This document shows, in pieces, positions 57,900-64,000 of a DNA stretch of 64,000 nt. Both the position numbers and the translations under genes were made by a program. The stretch is taken from contig NC_058369.1 of the NCBI RefSeq assembly GCF_018350175.1, positions 20,834,001 to 20,898,000 of the forward strand. The letters are read 5' to 3'. Under the pieces are notes generated by a model, which ran no database searches, was not told the DNA's origin, and saw nothing but the letters and a program-made list of their open reading frames with translations. The stretch is from Felis catus. Its lineage: Eukaryota. How positions within the stretch are numbered: position 1 is the stretch's first letter; each line of letters opens with the position of its first letter.

Positions 57900-58680
57900 G
57901 TTCCCATCTAACCCTTGCGCAAGGTCCGGGCCCAGCGGGAGGAGGCCGGAGGCTCCCCCACGGACGCGGACCCAGCCTCCAGGCCTCGGCTACGTTCGGA
58001 ATGACCCCATCACCTCGCTGGGTGACGAGGAGGACTTTTCCCCTTGCAAAGGCCACCACCCCACGCGTGTGGCGCAGCACTACGCCCGCTCGGGTGGCTG
58101 CGTGACGCGGGCAAGCCACTTCGCCTCTGGAGGTCTCAGTGTTCTTGCCTGTGAAGTGGGGTTGCCAACAGCCTTTGCTTCTTGGGGTCGTCAGGGGCCC
58201 CGGTAAGCCCGAGGGCGCCCGGGCCGCTCGTGCACTCCCCGCGGGAGGCTGGCGTTTGGGGGCGTCGCCGCCCCGCCCCTACCCGGCCCGTCCCCGCCCC
58301 CGGCCCGCTTCCTCCTCCCGCGCGGCAGCCCCCTGCCTCCGCGCCATGTCCGCCGGCTGGTTCCGGCGCCGCTTCCTGCCCGGGGGTCCGCTGCCCGCGC
58401 CGCGGCCGCCCAGGCCGCGCTCCAGCCCCGTGCCCTACCGGCGGCCCCGCTTCCTGCGCGGCTCCGGCTCGGGCCCCGGCACCGCCGACGCTCCGCGCCG
58501 CCCCGACGTCCGGCCCGTGCGCAGTCCAGCGCGGGGCCGCGCACTGCCCTGGAACGCAGGCTACGCCGAGTGAGTGCCCCGTCGCGGCCCCCGCCCCCAC
58601 CCCTCCACCCCGATCCCGGGCCTCCGTGCCGGCCCTGCTGGGCCGTCCTGGAAAACAGCCTAAGCTGAGCCAGTGCTCCC
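57900..58680 (+). promoter_or_regulatory. PPM1M: PPM1M CpG-island promoter / exon 1
   Basis: CpG-dense; GC boxes CCCCGCCCC near 58270 and 58292; no TATA seen. Confidence 0.85.
58346..58569 (+). CDS. PPM1M: PPM1M coding exon 1
   Basis: gccATGTCC; LPWNAGYAE; GA|gtgagt. Confidence 0.93.
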
Positions 58681-61600
58681 GTCCCCCAACCTTGTGGCTA
58701 CCTCCCTTCTGCCCTCATCTGGGACTCTTGACACCTTCCCCCGGTCCCACCGCAGCCTTTTCTTGGGGACTCCAGCCTCCCTCAGAGAGGCTCACTAGTT
58801 GGGAAGGACCTGCACCTCTGGGGCTTCCAAGATGAGACAGGGACCCTGGGTGGAGTTCCAACACTGCGCGCGGGCTTTGGAGATACCCCTCACACGCACG
58901 CAGCATCTCACCCTGGGTTGTGGCCTGTGCTGTATGGGACAGGGAATCTGGCCGAGATGGGGGGGAGGATTGGCAAAGGAGCCCCAGATCTCCTCGGACA
59001 GCCGCACCCTCACCTCTCAGCCCAGGTCAGCACAGGGGCGCTGGGCCCTGAGTTTTGCCTTACCCTGAGGTTACTGAACAGTTAGGAAACTTACACTATG
59101 TTTGTCCAGGTGTGTGTTAGGGACAGCATAGGGGCTGCTGCTTCAGAGGTAGGGCTCCTCCCTCTATGTACCAGCTTTGGTCTCTGCCGGTGGGGACATG
59201 GGTGTGTCCCTGAAGGGTCTCTGATCACTTACTGGCCTCAGGATCATCAATGCGGAGAAATCTGAGTTCAATGAGGATCAGGCAGCCTGTGGGCAGCTGT
59301 GCATCCGGAGATGTGAGTTTGGGGCTGAAGAGGACCAGGAGTGGCTGACCTCGTGCCCAGAGGAGGTGAGTGCAACTGGGCCTGAGCCGGTCTTAACAGG
59401 CTGGGACCGGGACTGCAGGTTCTTGCTCTAGTTTCCCATGCCAGGTGGGGGGACAACTGGGGAAGCCAGGCAAAGCCTGACACCAAGCCCTTCCTGTACA
59501 GTTCCTGACAGGTCATTACTGGGCACTGTTTGATGGGCATGGTGGGCCAGCTGCAGCCATCCTGGCTGCCAACACCCTGCACTCCTGCCTCCGCCGGCAG
59601 CTGGAGGCCGTGGTAGAGGGCATGGTGGCCACTCAGCCCCCCATGCACCTCAGCGGCCACAGCATCTGTCCCAGTGATCCCCAGTTTGTGGAAGAGAAGG
59701 GCATTAGGGCGGAAGATTTGGTGATCGGGGCTCTGGAGAGTGCCTTCCAGGAATGTGTGAGTGTGGCCTTTGGCTGGGGAAGGGACCGGGCACCTGTGGG
59801 ACACTGGGTTGTGGAGCGTCCCTGCACACAGTGGTGGTCTCCCTGGATCTTTGCACTGGAAGGACAAGATTGGGTTGGTTGGTTTGTTAGTAATGGTCAT
59901 CATTGCCATCACTAACCCCTCCCACTTATCCAGTGCCTAGTATGTGCTAGGGGCTTTTACCTGTGCATCCTACGTTGTGCACCTTTGATGGTCCTTGGTG
60001 CAGGGGCTGGTTTCCCTTCCTCAGTTTTGAATAGGACTTCCCTCCCTCCCAAGGAATACATCTAGATCTCCTAACCACAGGGATCCTGGAGTCATAGCCA
60101 GACTTTGGGTTGGGTGGGACTACCAGGCTTGTTGGTGGGGAAGTGAATGGTAGGGTGGGGATCGGGGACAGAGTGGTATGGTGGCAGTACAAGCAGCAGC
60201 TAAAGTGGCCTCGGTTTGCCCCAGGATGAGGTGATCGGGCGGGAGCTGGAGGCCTCAGGCCAGGTGGGCGGCTGCACAGCCCTGGTGGCTGTGTCCCTGC
60301 AGGGAAAGCTGTATGTGGCCAATGCCGGGGATAGCAGGTGAGTACCTGGAGGGTAGGCAGGGTGGGGTCGGCAGGCGGGCACCAGAGGTGGTGGGGACAG
60401 TGAAAGGGGGCTGGACGTGGAGGGATGGAAGTAGGGATTGACTGGCTGAGTTGTTTGTGTACCTGGTGTGTCAGGTATGAGAGGACAGCAAATCTGAGGG
60501 AGGGCAGACAGCTCAAGCGCCAGGCCCAAGGGCTGAGCTTTTACTTTGCAGGCTGTCGGTAGTCATGGGGGGCTTTGAGCTGGTCCCTGGTGGCTGGGAA
60601 AGGCCATGAGTGAGGGTGGAGCCTGCTCCACAGGCCTCTCCCTCTCTTCCCCAACCCCATCCAGGGCCATATTGGTACGGAAAGATGAGGTTCGGCCCCT
60701 GAGCTCTGAGTTCACCCCGGAGACTGAGCGGCAGCGGATTCAGCAGCTGGTAGGTGCCTTTGGCAGAGGAAGGTTATGGAGCCCCAACTCCTGAATCTAG
60801 GGTCACCAGAAGCCACCAGAGAGAGCCTCATCTGAGCATGCCTTCCTACCCCCAGGCCTTTGTCTACCCTGAGCTTCTGGCTGGTGAGTTCACCCGACTG
60901 GAGTTCCCTCGGCGACTGAAGGGGGATGACTTAGGGCAGAAGGTTTTGTTCCGGGATTACCACATGAGAGGCTGGTGAGCGGGGTGGGTTTGGGAGACAG
61001 TGGGGAGAGGCCTAGCGTCAGGCCCAGTGTGTGGGCTTGGGGCAGTCCTCTTCCCCACGGGCAGGGTGGGCTCTGTGTTGCAGGGAGATGAGGGGTGGGT
61101 AGGGCCTGGATTGATGCTGGGTCTGCTCCTGGTAGGAGCTACAAGTGTGTGGAGAAGTCGGATCTCAAGTACCCACTGATCCATGGGCAGGGTAGACAGG
61201 TCAGTGAATGGCACCCTCTAAGAGCCCCTCTTAAACTGCCCCCTGCAGAAGTGGGAGCTCCTTTGTCCCTTTTGGGGGCTGTGGCTGGGGTCATGGGGTT
61301 TGCTCCAAGGCTACAGGATGTTTGTCCCTCAACCCAGGGCACCCAAGGGCCACAGTACACTTCTGTGTGCTTTACTTGCACATTCTCTGGGGCTGTTTGC
61401 TGTCACCTCACATCTCCCTTGTCCCCAGGCTCGATTACTGGGAACACTGGCCGTCTCCCGGGGCCTGGGAGACCATCAGCTCAGAGTCCTGGACACAAAC
61501 ATTCAGCTCAAGCCCTTCTTGCTCTCTGTCCCACAGGTGAGTGGGCAATAGCCCACACCAGCTTCCGTCTGCCTGGAAAGGCAGACGATGAGGCTGGCAG

Positions 61601-62309
61601 GAGCCCGGGAAGGGAGTGCTAAGGATCCTCAGGCTTAACTTGCAGGTGACTGTCCTGGATGTGGACCAGCTGGAGCTGCAGGAGGAGGATGTGGTTGTCA
61701 TGGCAACTGATGGGCTCTGGGATGTCCTATCCAATGAGCAGGTGGCACGGCTAGTGCGGAGCTTCCTCCCTGGCAACCGAGAGGACCCACACAGGTACTG
61801 TAGCTTCTGGGGACCTGCCTGTGCCTGGGTCGGTACCAGCAGCAACACCAGGAAGTAGCTATGGCTGAGGAGACAGCACTGACAATGAACTCATCTCAGG
61901 GCAGGTGGTCAGGATCGGGGCTGTCTCAAGCCTCTGCGGGGTGACTGTGGGTCTCCAAAATCTCTGGGTTCAGAAATCCCTGAGACTAAAAATCTCCATG
62001 GTCCGACCTGTGGCCCTCCCATGCTTGAGGCTTGCCTGGCCCCACAGCTGGACCGCATTGTTTGGGTCCCCATGTGTCTGTCCAGCCCTGTGCGCAAGTT
62101 CTCCGAGGGCTGGCTTTGCTTCTTTGCTTTGGCCCCGAAGTGCATCTGCAGTTGGTCCCTACAGGTTCTCGGAGCTGGCCCAAATGCTGATACATAGCAC
62201 ACAGGGAAAGGACGACGGTCTCACAGAGGAAGGGCAGGTGTCCTACGATGACATCTCTGTATTCGTGATTCCCTTGCACAGCCAGGGCCAAAGGAGCAGT
62301 GGCCACTGA
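58346..62309 (+). CDS. PPM1M: Protein phosphatase Mg2+/Mn2+-dependent 1M (PP2C family; spliced CDS, 461 aa): join 58346-58569,59242-59365,59502-59756,60225-60337,60665-60749,60856-60974,61136-61199,61429-61536,61646-61794,62165-62309
   Basis: 224+124+255+113+85+119+64+108+149+145 = 1386 nt; GT-AG, phases consistent. MSAGWFRRRFLPG start; PP2C motifs NEDQA, FDGHGG, ANAGDSRA, LAVSRGLGD, ATDGLWDV, SYDDISV. Confidence 0.97.
59242..59365 (+). CDS. PPM1M: PPM1M exon 2
   Basis: IINAEKSEFNEDQAACG...CPEE|gtgagt. Confidence 0.95.
59502..59756 (+). CDS. PPM1M: PPM1M exon 3
   Basis: FLTGHYWALFDGHGG...ESAFQEC|gtgagt. Confidence 0.96.
60225..60337 (+). CDS. PPM1M: PPM1M exon 4
   Basis: DEVIGRE...GGCTA...LYVANAGDS. 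Confidence 0.96.
60665..60749 (+). CDS. PPM1M: PPM1M exon 5
   Basis: RAILVRKDEVRPLSSEFTPETERQRIQQL. Confidence 0.96.
60856..60974 (+). CDS. PPM1M: PPM1M exon 6
   Basis: AFVYPELLAGEFTRLEFPRR...RDYHMRGW. Confidence 0.96.
61136..61199 (+). CDS. PPM1M: PPM1M exon 7
   Basis: SYKCVEKSDLKYPLIHGQGRQ. Confidence 0.95.
61429..61536 (+). CDS. PPM1M: PPM1M exon 8
   Basis: ARLLGTLAVSRGLGDHQL...PFLLSVPQ. Confidence 0.96.
61646..61794 (+). CDS. PPM1M: PPM1M exon 9
   Basis: VVVMATDGLWDVLSNEQV. Confidence 0.96.
62165..62309 (+). CDS. PPM1M: PPM1M last coding exon
   Basis: RFSELAQML...SYDDISVFVIPL...SGH*. Confidence 0.96.
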
Positions 62310-63672
62310 GGATTCAGACGCCACATCCCAGAACCACTCCAGGGCCGGGTGTAGCCTGGGCGTCCCTCCACCATGGTCCACAGCAGGCCTACCTGCCCTG
62401 CCACCAGACACAATGGGTTGACACCCCCCAACCCCACCCATTTCATGGGGAGCATTTATACCAGGCAGTCAAAGCTGGAAGAGTACGGAGAGCCCAGCTC
62501 CTCAGGTCCCCTCTTTGGCAGGCAGGAAAGAGCACAGTATCAATGGTAACATCCCTTTACAACGTAGGAAACCCACGTGAGGCTCCTCTGACAGGGTCCT
62601 TAGCAGCCCAGTGTTATTCTCAGATGGGGACAGCTGGACTAAGGGCATTGGCTAAGAATGCCAGGAGGGGCAGAAAAGCCTGTTTGGATTCAGGTCTCCT
62701 AAACCATAAATGTCAGGGTATCTACTCAGTAACCACCAAAGCCCATGCATGGTGCCTTATGGAAAGCTGTGGGCAGCTTCCTATCTGCTGAACCGATATC
62801 AGCCCCTGGGGAGACCAGCTCAGGTCCTGCCCTGCTTCCCTCTGCCACTGGAGGTGAGGCACAGGCCCTGGGACTAAAGTTGGGGCAGAACAGAAAGAAG
62901 CAAGAGGATCCCAGAGTTTGCTGAGCAGGGGATGGCCTCTGACCACTCTTCTCTGGCCCTAGCCCTGCCCTCAGCTGATGCCCCAATGCCTTTGGTTTTG
63001 TTGCCCCCGCCCCCCCCCATCACCTCCCTATTGTTAAATGTTTGTGTGGAAGAGCCCTTGTGAATCATGAATTGCTGTAAAGCTTGACATTATAGTATAC
63101 TTTTTGCTCTTTCTTGTTATTTTCCAAAGAATCAGTCTTTGCTCCACCTTGCAAGTTTGCCTGTAGTCAGGACTGCATTTCTCTGCGGGCCTCCCTAGTT
63201 CCTGGTATGGGGTGAGCCCCTGTGAGAGAACTGTGGTCCAGGGAACAGAAAGGTCTGTACCACCATCTGTGAGCTCTGGGCTTGATGTACCAGAAGGGGT
63301 GCCTTTAACTTGGTTTTGAATGCCAGTTTCTATAAAGCAAGAATTAGCTGGAGACAAGTCACTCGGTGTTTGATGAGCAGCTTGGTTCTTCACCTTCCCC
63401 ACAAGACTGTTATCACCTAGCACTTGCCAAAGCTCAGGTGCTCAGAAGTATTTGTTGAATTACAAGGTGTCCACCTTTCTGACCTCAGCCTTACCGAACT
63501 CCCCTGATACATTCTTACTTTAGTTTACAACTGAGATGAATTCTAACCAGGCAACTCACAACCCTAGCCTGGGGCCAGGAGGGACATGGGCTAGGTGGCA
63601 GCACAACTGACCGTAAAGCTAGTGTTTAACTTAACTGGGGAGGCTCTCAGACCCCCTTTCCTGTCCACTAAC

Positions 63673-63987
63673 TCATTTATTTTTTTAATGTTTATTTCTG
63701 AGAGAGAGGGGGAGCGGGAGTGGGAAAGGGACACAGAGAGAGAATCTGAAGTGGGCTCTGTGCTGACAGCAGGGAGCCTGATGCGGGGCTCAAACTCACA
63801 AACCATGAGATCATGACCTGAGCCAAAGTCAGATGCTTAACCGACTGAGCCACCCAGGCGCCCCTTATTTCTCTTAATTTGCCCATCTTATTTATTTTCT
63901 TTAAGCTCCATGCCCAGTGTGGGGCTTGAACTCATGACCCTGAGATCAAGAGTCTCCTCTACTGACAGAGCCAGCCAGGCGCCTCCC
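63673..63987 (-). mobile_element. Two tandem Can-SINEs
   Basis: Heads ...ccacccaggcgcccc (about 63864) and ...ccagccaggcgcctc (about 63985); flanking repeat taactcattt. Confidence 0.9.
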
Positions 63988-64000
63988 AATTAACTCATTT

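Noticed and set aside
58136..58835. Long ORFs around PPM1M exon 1, including an in-frame upstream extension from 58139
   Set aside because: No upstream ATG; CpG-island artefact. The gccATG at 58346 gives the expected N-terminus.
1..64000. CRISPR arrays, prokaryotic operons or defence systems, rRNA genes
   Set aside because: The sequence is intron-containing mammalian DNA; no regularly spaced repeat-spacer array or rRNA similarity was seen.

Overview
Eukaryotic genomic DNA from a carnivoran mammal, very probably a felid. The evidence is dense Can-SINEs, including young feline-type copies, and a 1031-aa TLR9. The window holds the conserved syntenic block ALAS1(+) / TLR9(-) / TWF2(-) / PPM1M(+). 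I reconstructed all four CDSs exon by exon with GT-AG junctions and consistent phases: ALAS1 640 aa in 10 coding exons, TLR9 1031 aa in 2, TWF2 349 aa in 9 and PPM1M 461 aa in 10. The rest is introns, three CpG-island promoters and interspersed repeats (Can-SINE, L1, L2, MIR, MLT, MER5). I see no convincing new multi-gene system, and most listed short ORFs are noise or antisense shadows. The best leads are regulatory or structural. (1) Two perfect AGTTCA-N4-AGGTCA DR4 elements plus HNF4-type sites lie upstream of ALAS1. (2) ALAS1 has a uORF-laden alternative 5'UTR exon. (3) The TWF2 exon-2 splice acceptor doubles as the N-terminus of a muscle-type isoform with its own promoter. (4) TWF2 intron 1 carries a CArG plus triple-AGGTCA cluster. 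(5) TWF2-TLR9 read-through is phase-compatible. (6) The TLR9 poly(A) signal appears L2-derived. (7) A SINE sits 35 nt from the ALAS1 last acceptor. (8) Unexplained exon-like segments occur near the window start. Repeat boundaries and subfamily names are by-eye estimates.
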